From NCBI GenBank assembly GCA_041619515.1, contig JBFKDW010000027.1:1-32962 (forward strand): 32,962 nucleotides of DNA. The letters are read 5' to 3'. The DNA comes from Acidimicrobiia bacterium (lineage in GTDB: Bacteria; Actinomycetota; Acidimicrobiia; Spongiisociales; SHLN01). Shown here piece by piece: positions 1-9,063 of this stretch (position 1 is its first letter; each line of letters opens with the position of its first letter). The position numbers and the translations under genes are program-made. The notes under the pieces are model-generated. The model was not told the DNA's origin. It searched no databases and worked only from the letters and a program-made list of their open reading frames with translations.

Positions 1-64
1 CAGACCTATAGCCAATTTGCCGATTGCGGCCGATCATGGAGGTTGTACACCGGGAGGTAGCCAT

Positions 65-238
65 ATGGTGACTCAGTGGGTCCGCTTCCAGAACTGGTGG
101 GACTCCGAGACGGGCGCCAGCCTCGTCGAATACGCCTTCCTGCTGCTGCTCATCGCCGTCGTCGCCATTGCCGTCATCACACAGGTCGGTGGCAACGCCT
201 CGAACGCATTCGAAAAGGCCGACAAGGGGTTCAACTAG
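65..238 (+). CDS. flp: Flp family type IVb pilin
   Basis: GGAGG RBS before ATG65. Protein MVTQWVRFQNWWDSETG/ASLVEYAFLLLLIAVVAIAVI has the Flp prepilin cleavage motif G|xxxxEY followed by a hydrophobic helix; 57 aa. Confidence 0.9.
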   Translation: MVTQWVRFQNWWDSETGASLVEYAFLLLLIAVVAIAVITQVGGNASNAFEKADKGFN

Positions 239-308
239 CCCACCGGGTGGCGGCTCGCCGCGCAGACTCCTCTCCGAGTAGATTTCGCTCATCGACGGAG
301 GAGACAAC

Positions 309-662
309 ATGACGAACCAGGGGCCGTCCCCGGCGCGGCGAAACGCCAAGCTGTACAAGGACCCGGCCAACAAGAAGATCGGCGGCGTGGCGGCCGGGGT
401 CGCCAACTACTTCGAGATCGACGTCACCCTGGTGCGTGTCGTGTGGGCCCTCGCCATCCTGGTCGGCGGATTCGGGCTCCTTCTCTACCTGGTCTTGTGG
501 GCCATCCTCGAGGATGATCCCGGCGCCTACGCCGATCCGGCCCGGCCCGTTGAAGCCACCGCCGTGCACGGCGGTGACGACGGCTCCCTCGAGGACGCTC
601 ACGAGGAAATCGAGGCCGAGACCTTCGCGTCGGACCTCGGGGATACCCCGACCGAGAGCTAG
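309..662 (+). CDS. PspC domain-containing membrane protein with acidic C-terminal tail
   Basis: KLYKDPANKKIGGVAAGVANYFEIDVTLVRVVW...LLLYLVLWAIL matches the PspC pattern. GGAGGAG RBS upstream. Confidence 0.88.
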   Translation: MTNQGPSPARRNAKLYKDPANKKIGGVAAGVANYFEIDVTLVRVVWALAILVGGFGLLLYLVLWAILEDDPGAYADPARPVEATAVHGGDDGSLEDAHEEIEAETFASDLGDTPTES

Positions 663-667
663 CCCCG

Positions 668-1192
668 TCACAGGGCGAACACGCCGTCGACGATCCGGTC
701 GACGGCCAGAACGATCAACAGCGTCGAGACCACCATTCCGAGTCCCGGGAGGTAGCGAGCCCGCGCCGTTCTCATCAGGCCGAGCAGGAGCAGGAAGGCG
801 CCGGCTGCCCCCACAGCCATGGCACCGAGCCCGGCGTCGACCGCGACCGCAATCGCCACCAGCCCGACCTCGGGACGAAACAGCACCGGGAAGAACACGG
901 GGACGAGGGGGCCGTCGCTCCCCGCATCCCCGGGCCCCGGATCGGCCGGCGCGGTGACGAGGTCAACGGCGGCCCGGACGAACAACACCAGGCCGACCCC
1001 AACCCGAAAGGTGGGGGCGGTGATGTCGAGGGCCGCCAGCAGCGTGTCCCCTGCCAGGCCGAGTCCGATGAGGGCGAGCAGCGTCACGAGCGCACCGGCG
1101 GAAACCGCCCTCGCGTCCGACGAGAGCTCGAGGCGCCGCCGGGGTGGGTTCACCGCCGCCACTACCAGCAGGACCGCCAGCCATGCACTCAC
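668..1192 (-). CDS. MarC family integral membrane protein
   Basis: VAAVNP, LLAALDITAPTFRVGVGLVL, LVPVFFPVLFRP and DRIVDGV are MarC-like. The GTG1192 start overlaps the TGA of the upstream gene (GTGA). Confidence 0.75.
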   Translation of the reverse strand: MSAWLAVLLVVAAVNPPRRRLELSSDARAVSAGALVTLLALIGLGLAGDTLLAALDITAPTFRVGVGLVLFVRAAVDLVTAPADPGPGDAGSDGPLVPVFFPVLFRPEVGLVAIAVAVDAGLGAMAVGAAGAFLLLLGLMRTARARYLPGLGMVVSTLLIVLAVDRIVDGVFAL

Positions 1193-2382
1193 GTCGCCGA
1201 CTCCAGGATCGGGAGCGTGCCGAGCAGAGCCGACAGAGCGTGCTGCTGATCGTCCATCTGGGTCACTCCGAACTGAAACCAGGCGCCGCTCGTGCGAAGC
1301 GGATCGTCGAACTCGGCGGCTTCTCCTGCGTCGACCTGCCGCTCGACCAGCATCCAGGCAACGCACTGTGTGCGGGCGGCGGCGGCGTCCCGCAGTCCGG
1401 CGGAGCCGGCATCCAGCTGCGAAACCACCCACAGGCTCATCGAGCCCTCGCCGAGCGTCCCCAACCCGGCGCCCAGGGTCTGGCGTCCCCTGGTGCGGTG
1501 CGTGAACCACGATTCGGTGCGCTGGGAGGCGTAGCGCACCTGGGGACCGAAGATGGTTCCGAGCCGCGCGGCATACTCGCGCTCTACCGGGGTCAGGCTG
1601 CGTCGCACGGCAGTTTCCGCCAGGCCGTAGGCGGCCCAGTGATCGCTCACCGGCGGGAACCGATCCTCGGCCTGATCGCGATCGGTGGCGAGATACGCTC
1701 CGATCCGATCAGCCGACTCGCCCCATCCCTCACCGGGAAACAACCGCTCGAGGCGGGCAAGGGCAAAATAGGCCTCCCCGGTGAAGAACGGCGAATATGC
1801 ACCGAGCACCGGGCGATCCGCCTGCCGGTCCCACCGCTCCGACACCGCGCCGTTCTGCTCGATCTGTGACTCCAGGAAACGGCCGAGCCCGCGCAGCTCA
1901 CGGTCGTAGTCGCCGTCTCCGGTCAGCAGCCGCCGCTCACTCAGGGCTACCGCCCACAGGGCGGACCCGCCGATCGGTACTTCCGAGGAGCCCCGGCTGT
2001 CGACTGCAAGGCCCCCGCCGGCGGGGATGAGCTGGTCTTGCAGCCACTCCGATCCCCGATCGGCGGACGTCATCGCCCCGGGAATGTCCGCCGCCGCCGC
2101 CGCGTAGAGCGAAAACGTCACTCCGGAGTGGCGGCTGTTGTTGTACCCACCCACGTCCCGGTCGTCCTCTGCGTCGTAGCGATACAGCCAGCGCCCATCG
2201 GATGCCTGGTTCCGGACCAGCCACTCAACCGCCGAGGTCGCCGAGGCCAGCACCTCGGCCCGGCTCACGTCGCCGCATCGCTCCGGCTGCAGAACGAGCA
2301 ATCGCAGGGCTACCAGGACGGCGACCCAGGCGGCGGCTCCCACCCGGACGCGTCGGCCGGTCGTGTTCCTGTGTGCAGTCAC
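1189..2382 (-). CDS. Membrane-anchored or secreted alpha/alpha-barrel (terpene-cyclase/six-hairpin-like) hypothetical protein
   Basis: N-terminal hydrophobic segment. QW-like repeats (WLVRNQASDGRW, FLESQIEQNGAV) and conserved-looking motifs YNNSRHSG, FFTGEAYFAL, DHWAAYG, QMDDQQHALSA. Confidence 0.6.
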   Translation of the reverse strand: MTAHRNTTGRRVRVGAAAWVAVLVALRLLVLQPERCGDVSRAEVLASATSAVEWLVRNQASDGRWLYRYDAEDDRDVGGYNNSRHSGVTFSLYAAAAADIPGAMTSADRGSEWLQDQLIPAGGGLAVDSRGSSEVPIGGSALWAVALSERRLLTGDGDYDRELRGLGRFLESQIEQNGAVSERWDRQADRPVLGAYSPFFTGEAYFALARLERLFPGEGWGESADRIGAYLATDRDQAEDRFPPVSDHWAAYGLAETAVRRSLTPVEREYAARLGTIFGPQVRYASQRTESWFTHRTRGRQTLGAGLGTLGEGSMSLWVVSQLDAGSAGLRDAAAARTQCVAWMLVERQVDAGEAAEFDDPLRTSGAWFQFGVTQMDDQQHALSALLGTLPILESAT

Positions 2383-2406
2383 GGTCCTGCAATCTACGCT
2401 TGCCCC

Positions 2407-2823
2407 ATGCGCAAGTGGGCCAGATGCACGTTTTCGGCCGTGGTGGTGCTGCTGGTGGCGGCCCCGATAGTCCGCTCTCCTGCCGACGACGGCTTCCCGC
2501 TCTCCACTTATCCGATGTTCAGCCTGGCTCGCCCTCAGGAGACGACCGTCAGCTCGGCTGCCGGATACGACGGTGCCGGGAGGCGGCTGACGCTCTCACC
2601 CGGGCTGGTGGGCGGCACCCGCGAGGTGATACAGGCGGCCGGAACCGTCGCCCAGGCAATCAACAGCGGAGCGGCTCCGGAGTTGTGTCGCGAGATACTG
2701 GACAGAGCCCCCGACCAGGTGGTGGCCGTCGAGATCGTCACCGAGACCTACGACGTGATCGCATACTTCGACGATCGCACCGAGCCGCTGCGCCAGACCG
2801 TCCACGCCCGGTGCGAATCGTGA
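2407..2823 (+). CDS. Hypothetical exported or membrane-anchored protein, partner of the HTTM protein
   Basis: ATG2407 MRKWARCTFSAVVVLLVAAPIV followed by DGFPLSTYPMFS, a motif type seen in or next to HTTM proteins. Its stop overlaps the next start (GTGA). Confidence 0.7.
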   Translation: MRKWARCTFSAVVVLLVAAPIVRSPADDGFPLSTYPMFSLARPQETTVSSAAGYDGAGRRLTLSPGLVGGTREVIQAAGTVAQAINSGAAPELCREILDRAPDQVVAVEIVTETYDVIAYFDDRTEPLRQTVHARCES

Positions 2824-3758
2824 CCGCCTGCAGCTCCTGGCTCTCCGAGGAGGCACCGGCCGCCCGGCTGGGGACGGTTCGCATCCTCGTCGGCGGCTAC
2901 GCCGTCATGTTCGTCGTCATCAGGAGCTTCCACTGGCTGGACGTGGCGCGACTGCCGCGTCGCCGGTTCGACCCGGTCGGCGTCCTGAGTTGGCTCACCG
3001 AGCCGTTGTCGCCGAGCCTGGTGCTCATCCTGTCTGTGGGGACGGCAGCCGCCGGCCTGGCATTCCTCCTGGGGTGGCATTTTCGCATCAGCGCCCCGAT
3101 ATTCGCCGTCCTGCTGCTGACGCTCACCACCCACGGCAACTCGTGGGGACAGATCCTTCACACGGAGAACCTGCTCGTCCTCCACGTGATCATCCTCGCC
3201 GTCAGCCCGGCAGATGCTGCCTACGCACTCGGAGCGAGGCGGCCGGCCGGGGATACCTTCAGCCACGCCTACGGGTGGGCGCTGCGGGTCATGACACTGG
3301 TGGTCGTCATCACCTACGTGATTGCCGGCCTCGCCAAGTTGCGCAACGGCGGGATCGACTGGCTCACCGGCGACGTCCTCCGCAACCAGATTGCCCACGA
3401 CAACCTCCGCAAGATCCTCCTCGGCGACATCCACTCCCCCATCGGCGCCTGGCTCGTCAGATACGGATGGCTGTTCCCTCCTTTGGCGGTCGGGAGTGTT
3501 CTGGTGGAGCTGGGAGCCCCTGCGGTCCTCTTCGGCGGGCGCTGGCGAACGACGTGGGTGGCGGCGGCCTGGTCGTTTCACCTCGGAGTGCTCGCCCTGA
3601 TGGCGATCTTGTTTGCGTACCCGATTTCCGGCGTTGCGTTTGTCTCGATGCTTCCTGTGGAAAAGCTGTCGAAACGGGTGGTGGATCGGCGCCGTCGGGC
3701 GCGCCGCGCCCTGACAGGCGGCACCCCGGGCGGAGAGCAGCCTCTGCCGGGAGCCTGA
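2820..3758 (+). CDS. HTTM domain (vitamin K-dependent gamma-carboxylase-like) membrane protein
   Basis: LGTVRILVG, LLGWHFR, WGQILHTENL, YVIAGLAKLRNGGIDWLTG, VELGAP, SFHLGVLALM follow the HTTM pattern, including the conserved AKL lysine and FH. Confidence 0.8.
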   Translation: MTACSSWLSEEAPAARLGTVRILVGGYAVMFVVIRSFHWLDVARLPRRRFDPVGVLSWLTEPLSPSLVLILSVGTAAAGLAFLLGWHFRISAPIFAVLLLTLTTHGNSWGQILHTENLLVLHVIILAVSPADAAYALGARRPAGDTFSHAYGWALRVMTLVVVITYVIAGLAKLRNGGIDWLTGDVLRNQIAHDNLRKILLGDIHSPIGAWLVRYGWLFPPLAVGSVLVELGAPAVLFGGRWRTTWVAAAWSFHLGVLALMAILFAYPISGVAFVSMLPVEKLSKRVVDRRRRARRALTGGTPGGEQPLPGA

Positions 3759-3774
3759 GGGCCCGGCCGCGGGG

Positions 3775-5019
3775 CTAGTCGGAGAGGAGCATGCCCCGAT
3801 CACGGCGGTCGCTACGGGCCGCCCAGGCGTAGAGCGCAACCGCCGGCATCAAGAACACGCCGGCGACGACGAACGCCAAGCCGATCGAGACGGCGGTGGC
3901 GAGCCAACCCAACAACGGCCCGCCCGCGATCTGGCCGAACGCGTCACTTTGCCCCTGCATCGAAAGAACGGTTGCCCGCGAACGCGACTCCAGTTGCTCG
4001 TTGAGCCACGCCATGAGCAGGGGGCCGTGGACGATGCGCAGGAGCAGAGCGGCCTGGTACAGCCCAACGGCGAGGGCGAAGCTGCCGGCCAGGCCGAGGC
4101 CGACCACCGACGCACTGATGAGCAGGGCCAGGAGCGTGAGGATGATGGGGATGTGTCTCATCGAGCCGGCACCGATCCGCCTTCGTATCAAACCCGCCGC
4201 CACCACCGAAAGCAGCACGGCAACGGCGTCGATGAGCCCAAACCACACCACCGCCGACCAATCCGGCGTCGCCGGGAACTCGAAGCTGGTGAGTATGAGC
4301 GCCTCCCACAGCCGGTCGAATGTCTCCGAGAACGCGCCCAGGAACATGACGGCCCCGAATAGGGCCAAAAGCGCCCGCCGCCGGCGGATCAGCGCCACCC
4401 CGTGGGCGAGGGTGGCTTTCATGTCGGTCCAGGTTCTTCGCTCCGACCGTGGAACGGCGGCAAACCCGGTCTCGGGCATCCATACGGCGAGGGCGGCAGC
4501 AACGACAAGGTATCCGGCTCCGCCCACGATGAGCGGCAGACGGAGATCCACCGACGCCAGTGCCATAGCCGCCAGGATCCCCGCCAGCGAGGCGAACTGG
4601 CTCACCTGGGTGCCCCGCAGCAGGGCCCGGGCGGTGGCCACGTTGTCGCCAAGCTCATCGGCCAGCCATGCTTCGGTGGCGCCGCTCGTGAATGTGTACC
4701 CGAAACCCCAGATGACCTGGGCGGCCAGCACCGTTCCGAACATGGAGACGGAGCCTTCCAGAATGAACCCGGCACCCATGATGGCGGTGCCGATGATCAC
4801 CGAGAGCCGGCGGCTGATCGTGTCGGCGACGACACCGGTTGGAATCTCAAACACGAAGGCGCTGACTTCGAGCGCGGTTCCGACCAGCACCAGCTGCAGC
4901 GGGTTGAGGCCGACGTCCTGGATGCGATACAGGGCGTTGAGGGCGCCCCAGGTCCAGAAGAAGAACCCGGTCGTACCCACCAGCCACAGGTAGATGCGGT
5001 AGGCGGAGCGGTCGGGCAC
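3775..5019 (-). CDS. MFS efflux transporter, TetA(P)/Tet(40)-like subfamily
   Basis: About 12 TM helices. LNPLQLVLVGTALE...FEIPTGVVADTISRRLSVIIG...GFILEG...AQVIWGFGYTFTSGATEAW is closely similar to the TetA(P) N-terminus as I recall it. Confidence 0.85.
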   Translation of the reverse strand: MPDRSAYRIYLWLVGTTGFFFWTWGALNALYRIQDVGLNPLQLVLVGTALEVSAFVFEIPTGVVADTISRRLSVIIGTAIMGAGFILEGSVSMFGTVLAAQVIWGFGYTFTSGATEAWLADELGDNVATARALLRGTQVSQFASLAGILAAMALASVDLRLPLIVGGAGYLVVAAALAVWMPETGFAAVPRSERRTWTDMKATLAHGVALIRRRRALLALFGAVMFLGAFSETFDRLWEALILTSFEFPATPDWSAVVWFGLIDAVAVLLSVVAAGLIRRRIGAGSMRHIPIILTLLALLISASVVGLGLAGSFALAVGLYQAALLLRIVHGPLLMAWLNEQLESRSRATVLSMQGQSDAFGQIAGGPLLGWLATAVSIGLAFVVAGVFLMPAVALYAWAARSDRRDRGMLLSD

Positions 5020-5173
5020 TTCGATCTCCAGGAGGGTTTCCGACGCAGGCTAGATGGTGGCCCGGTCCGGGGTGATGATCGAGCTCCGGCGCGAGCGGGT
5101 AGCCCGGCACCCAGCGTGCCCGCTTCGACGGAAGGTCGTAGGCTCAGGACGTATTTCTCGAAAGGATGTTGTC

Positions 5174-5596
5174 ATGGCCCTCGATTCCACCGCCCAGGCC
5201 CATTGGGAAGGCGATCTCATGTCCGGCTCCGGGACGACCACGCTCACCTCCGGAGCCGGCGGTCCCTTCCCGGTCGACTGGAAGGCGCGCGCCGAGGAGC
5301 ATGCAGGCAAAACGAGCCCGGAGGAGCTGATCGCCGCCGCCCACGCGGCCTGCTTCTCGATGGCGCTGTCCAACGGACTCGGGAAGGCCGGCACGCCTCC
5401 TGCCTCACTCGACGTCACCGCCACCGCCACCTTTGTGCCCGGCCAGGGCATCACCGGCATGCGCCTGGTGCTGGCCGCCGACGTTCCGGGACTGGGTGAC
5501 GAGGGTCTGCGGGCGGCCGCCGAAGACGCCAAGGCGAACTGCCCCGTCTCCCAAGCCCTCAGCGGCAACGTGCCGATCACCCTCGAGATCAGCTGA
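5174..5596 (+). CDS. osmC: OsmC family peroxiredoxin
   Basis: AHWEGDLMSGSG, TSPEELIAAAHAACFSMAL and AKANCPVSQAL, with both catalytic Cys. AAGGA RBS before ATG5174. Confidence 0.92.
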   Translation: MALDSTAQAHWEGDLMSGSGTTTLTSGAGGPFPVDWKARAEEHAGKTSPEELIAAAHAACFSMALSNGLGKAGTPPASLDVTATATFVPGQGITGMRLVLAADVPGLGDEGLRAAAEDAKANCPVSQALSGNVPITLEIS

Positions 5597-5636
5597 CCAC
5601 ACCGGTCCGGCCGGGCGGGAGCGAAGGAGGACGAGG

Positions 5637-6635
5637 CTAGAACTGGAGGGCGGCGCTGGCCCAGTGAAAGCCTGCTCCGAAGGCCGTGAGCACCACCAGG
5701 TCGCCCTGCCGGATGCGTCCTTGCTCGTAGGCCTCCCACAGGCCCAGCGGCACGGTGGCAGAGCCGGTGTTGCCGTAGCGGTCGACGTTGACGAGCACCC
5801 TCGACTCATCGATGCCCAGTTTGTTGCCGACGGCGTCGATGATCCGCTTGTTGGCCTGGTGGGGAATCAGCAGGGCCACATCGGAGAGGTCCCTGTCGAG
5901 CCGCTCGAGGAGCTCGAGGGTGACGCTGCTCATACGCCGGACCGCCTCCCGGAAGACCTCGCTGCCGTTCATGTCGAGCCGCTGATGATCGCCGGCGGCG
6001 GCCGAATCGACGGTGAAGGGATGGCGGGTGCCTCCGGTTCGAAGCGTGAGGATGTCGGCCTTGCTGCCGTCGGTGCCGGAGATGGCGTCGAGCACTTTGG
6101 CCTTGCCGCCTTCGGGCCCCAACACCACTGCGCCGGCGGCGTCGCCGAAGAGAACACAGGTAGCGCGATCCTCCCAGGAGATGAGGCGGGAGATCAGCTC
6201 GACGCCGACCACCAGGATCTGTTTGGGCTCGAAGGAGATGCGGGCCCTGGCGACGTCCACGGCTTGAATCCAGCCCGCGCACCCGCTTCCGCCCAGGTCG
6301 TAGGTCGGGACGTTCCGGCAGCCCAGCCTGTCCTGCAGGAGGGAGGCCGTATCGGGGGTATAGACCTCAGGGGTGTCGGTGGCCACCACGATCTCGTCGA
6401 TGTCGGCCGGACCGAGCCCGGCATCCTTGATGGCAGCGAGGGCGGCTTGCTCGGAGAGATCGAGCGTCGATTGATCGTCGGAGGCGAAGCGGCGCTCCTT
6501 GATCCCGGTTCGGCTGGTGATCCACTCATCGGTGGTATCGACGATGGAGGCCCAATCGTCGTTCGTCATGACCCGATCGGGGACGTATCCCCCGAAGCCG
6601 AGTACCGCTGTCACTGTGCTCCTCTGTCCGGTCAC
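5637..6635 (-). CDS. fabH: 3-oxoacyl-ACP synthase III
   Basis: DTTDEWITSRTGIKERR, catalytic Cys (GSGCAG), PHQAN, YGNTGSA and AFGAGFHW. Confidence 0.92.
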   Translation of the reverse strand: MTGQRSTVTAVLGFGGYVPDRVMTNDDWASIVDTTDEWITSRTGIKERRFASDDQSTLDLSEQAALAAIKDAGLGPADIDEIVVATDTPEVYTPDTASLLQDRLGCRNVPTYDLGGSGCAGWIQAVDVARARISFEPKQILVVGVELISRLISWEDRATCVLFGDAAGAVVLGPEGGKAKVLDAISGTDGSKADILTLRTGGTRHPFTVDSAAAGDHQRLDMNGSEVFREAVRRMSSVTLELLERLDRDLSDVALLIPHQANKRIIDAVGNKLGIDESRVLVNVDRYGNTGSATVPLGLWEAYEQGRIRQGDLVVLTAFGAGFHWASAALQF

Positions 6636-6688
6636 CCGGAGAGTAGACGCTCATCTGCCCCGGGGCAGCGATCACGTACACTCCCCGG

Positions 6689-8104
6689 ATGCACGCACCG
6701 GTGTTCTCCGAGGCATACGCCGACGATGCGCCGCGCCCTCACTATCGGGAGCTGGTCGAGCGCCTCGAAAAGCTCGGGACCGAGGAGCTGGAGCGGCGGT
6801 CTCGCCTCGTCGAGTCGACGTTCCGAACCCTGGGAATCACCTTTGCGGTCACAGGCCGGGAAGAGGGGCTGGAGCGGACCTGGCCGATGGACCTGGTTCC
6901 CCGCATCATCCCGGCTGCCGAGTGGGCCACCATCGAGGCCGGGCTCAAGCAGCGGGTCAGGGCTCTCAACCTCTTTCTCGAAGATCTGTATGTGGGCCCG
7001 CAGGCGGCCCTGGCCGAGGGCGTCGCTCCGCGCTGGCTGGTGGAGTCGGCCGACGGCTACCTGCGCCAGGCGCAGGGTATCGAGGCCCCGGAGGGGGCGA
7101 GATGTGTGGTGGCCGGCATCGATCTGATCCGGGACAGTGAAGGTGTCTATCGCGTCTTGGAAGACAACCTGCGGGTCCCGAGTGGTATCTCCTACGTGCT
7201 GGAGAATCGGGTGGCGATGACCCGCGCCCTCCCTACCGCCTTCGCCAATCACGACGTCCGCCCGGTGAACCACTACGGCGCGATGCTGCTCACCGCTCTC
7301 CGGTCGATCGCCCCGCCCGCGAGCAGCGACCCCACCGTGGTGGTGTTGACGCCCGGAATCGCCAACTCGGCCTATTTCGAACACGCTTTCCTGGCCCGCC
7401 AGATGGGGGTCGAGCTGGTGGAAGGACGAGACCTGGTGGTCGAGGACCATGTCCTCTATATGCGGACCACTCGCGGATTGCATCGGGTGGACGTGGTCTA
7501 CTCGCGCGTCGGGGACGAGTTCCTCGATCCGGTCGTGTTCCGGGCAGACTCCCTGCTCGGTGTCCCGGGACTGCTGACCGCCTACCGAGCCAAGAACCTC
7601 ACGATTGCGAATGCGGTTGGGAACGGGGCGGCCGACGACAAAGCCGTGTACGCCTACGTTCCCGACATGATCCGCTTCTTCCTGGCCGAGGAACCGATCC
7701 TCCCGAATGTGACCACGTACCTGCCGTGGAATCCCCAAGACATGACCCTCATACTCGATCGCCTCGACGAGCTGGTCGTGAAGCCCGTTGCCGAAGCCGG
7801 AGGATATGGGATCGTGATCGGGGCCGACGCCGACCGGCAGACCCTGGACCGCCTCCGCCGGACTCTCCTCGACAACCCGCGGGGCTACATAGCCCAGGAG
7901 ACCATCCAGCTCTCGACCCACCTCAGTTTCGTCGATGGAAAGCTCGCCGAGCGCCACATCGACCTGCGCCCGTTCGTGCTGACCGGCTCGCAGATGGAGG
8001 TTGTTCCCGGCGGGCTCACCCGGGTGGCACTCCCGGAGGGCTCCCTGATCGTCAACTCGTCCCAGGGGGGCGGCTCCAAAGACACCTGGGTGCTGGAGGT
8101 CTGA
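6689..8104 (+). CDS. Circularly permuted type 2 ATP-grasp protein
   Basis: WPMDLVPRII, GLKQRVRALNLFL, VLEDNLRVPSGISY, LTPGIANSAYFEH, NGAADDKAVY, DLRPF, VNSSQGGGSKDTWV. Confidence 0.93.
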   Translation: MHAPVFSEAYADDAPRPHYRELVERLEKLGTEELERRSRLVESTFRTLGITFAVTGREEGLERTWPMDLVPRIIPAAEWATIEAGLKQRVRALNLFLEDLYVGPQAALAEGVAPRWLVESADGYLRQAQGIEAPEGARCVVAGIDLIRDSEGVYRVLEDNLRVPSGISYVLENRVAMTRALPTAFANHDVRPVNHYGAMLLTALRSIAPPASSDPTVVVLTPGIANSAYFEHAFLARQMGVELVEGRDLVVEDHVLYMRTTRGLHRVDVVYSRVGDEFLDPVVFRADSLLGVPGLLTAYRAKNLTIANAVGNGAADDKAVYAYVPDMIRFFLAEEPILPNVTTYLPWNPQDMTLILDRLDELVVKPVAEAGGYGIVIGADADRQTLDRLRRTLLDNPRGYIAQETIQLSTHLSFVDGKLAERHIDLRPFVLTGSQMEVVPGGLTRVALPEGSLIVNSSQGGGSKDTWVLEV

Positions 8105-9063
8105 TGCTGTCGCGCCACGCCGAAGACCTGTACTGGACCGGACGCTACATCGAGCGGGCAGAGGACACCGCCCGTCTCCTCGACGTCACCTACCACGGGA
8201 TGCTCGAATGGTCGGACAAGGACGTGCCCCAGGCCCAGCGCGACCTGCTGGAGGTGCTGTTCCTCGACGAGACGTTCGACGGTGACCTGAGCGATACCGC
8301 AGCCGTGACCGAGTTCCTCGTGCTCGACACCGACAACCCCGGCTCGATCACCGCCGCCGTAGAACGAGCCCGGCTCAACGCTCGCGGCCTCCGGGACCGC
8401 ATCTCGAGCGAGCTGTGGGAAGCCATCAACACCTTCTACCTCGACCTGCGAGCCCGGGACCTGCGCGCCGATATCGAGCGCCAGCCATACCAGGTGTATC
8501 GCTGGGTGCGCAATGCCTGCCAGACGGTGACCGGCGTGGCGGCCGAGACGATGCCACACGACGACGGGTACCGGTTCCTGGTCATGGGACGTCTCCTGGA
8601 ACGGGCGGAGATGACGTGCCGGCTGCTCGACGTGCGCTATCACCGCCTCGTCGATTCGGGGGGTGCGGCCACCGCCTTCAACCGGTGGGCGGCGCTGCTC
8701 AAGTCGGTCTCGGCCTACGAAGCGTACCTCAAGGAATACCGCGCGGCCGTTGACCCCATCAAGATGCTGTCCTTCCTGCTGCTATCTCCGAACTTCCCCC
8801 GCAGCGTGCGATACTGCCTGCGCGGAACCGAGGAGCAGCTCGCCGAGTTGCTCGAGCCCGACCGGCTCACCGATGCTCAGCGTCTCCTCGGCATGGTCGG
8901 CGCCAAAGTGGAGTATTGCGACATCGATTCACTGGTGAATGCGGACCTGGGCGGCTTCCTCGACGAGCTCCAGCGCGACATATCCCAGGTCGGCGTGGCG
9001 ATCGACCGACATTTCTTCCACCATGCCACCGATCTCGACCTTCATTTCTACATCTCCCGATGA
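8104..9063 (+). CDS. Alpha-E domain-containing protein
   Basis: MLSRHAEDLYWTGRYIERAEDTARLL, NARGLRDRISSELWEAIN, GRLLERAEMTCRLL, FPRSV. ATG8104 overlaps the upstream stop. Confidence 0.92.
   Translation: MLSRHAEDLYWTGRYIERAEDTARLLDVTYHGMLEWSDKDVPQAQRDLLEVLFLDETFDGDLSDTAAVTEFLVLDTDNPGSITAAVERARLNARGLRDRISSELWEAINTFYLDLRARDLRADIERQPYQVYRWVRNACQTVTGVAAETMPHDDGYRFLVMGRLLERAEMTCRLLDVRYHRLVDSGGAATAFNRWAALLKSVSAYEAYLKEYRAAVDPIKMLSFLLLSPNFPRSVRYCLRGTEEQLAELLEPDRLTDAQRLLGMVGAKVEYCDIDSLVNADLGGFLDELQRDISQVGVAIDRHFFHHATDLDLHFYISR

Noticed and set aside
1193..1510. N-terminal extensions in the ORF track (MarC here; likewise HTTM 2202, alpha-E 7726, hydA 30456, regulator 16691)
   Set aside because: The extensions overlap neighbouring genes. 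Coupled start/stop overlaps or domain boundaries point to later starts.
5433..7127. 564-aa + strand ORF and similar long overlapping ORFs (6632-7957, 10033-11490, 11462-13063, 17609-18619)
   Set aside because: They overlap well-supported genes in other frames or strands and lack family motifs; typical GC-rich shadow ORFs.
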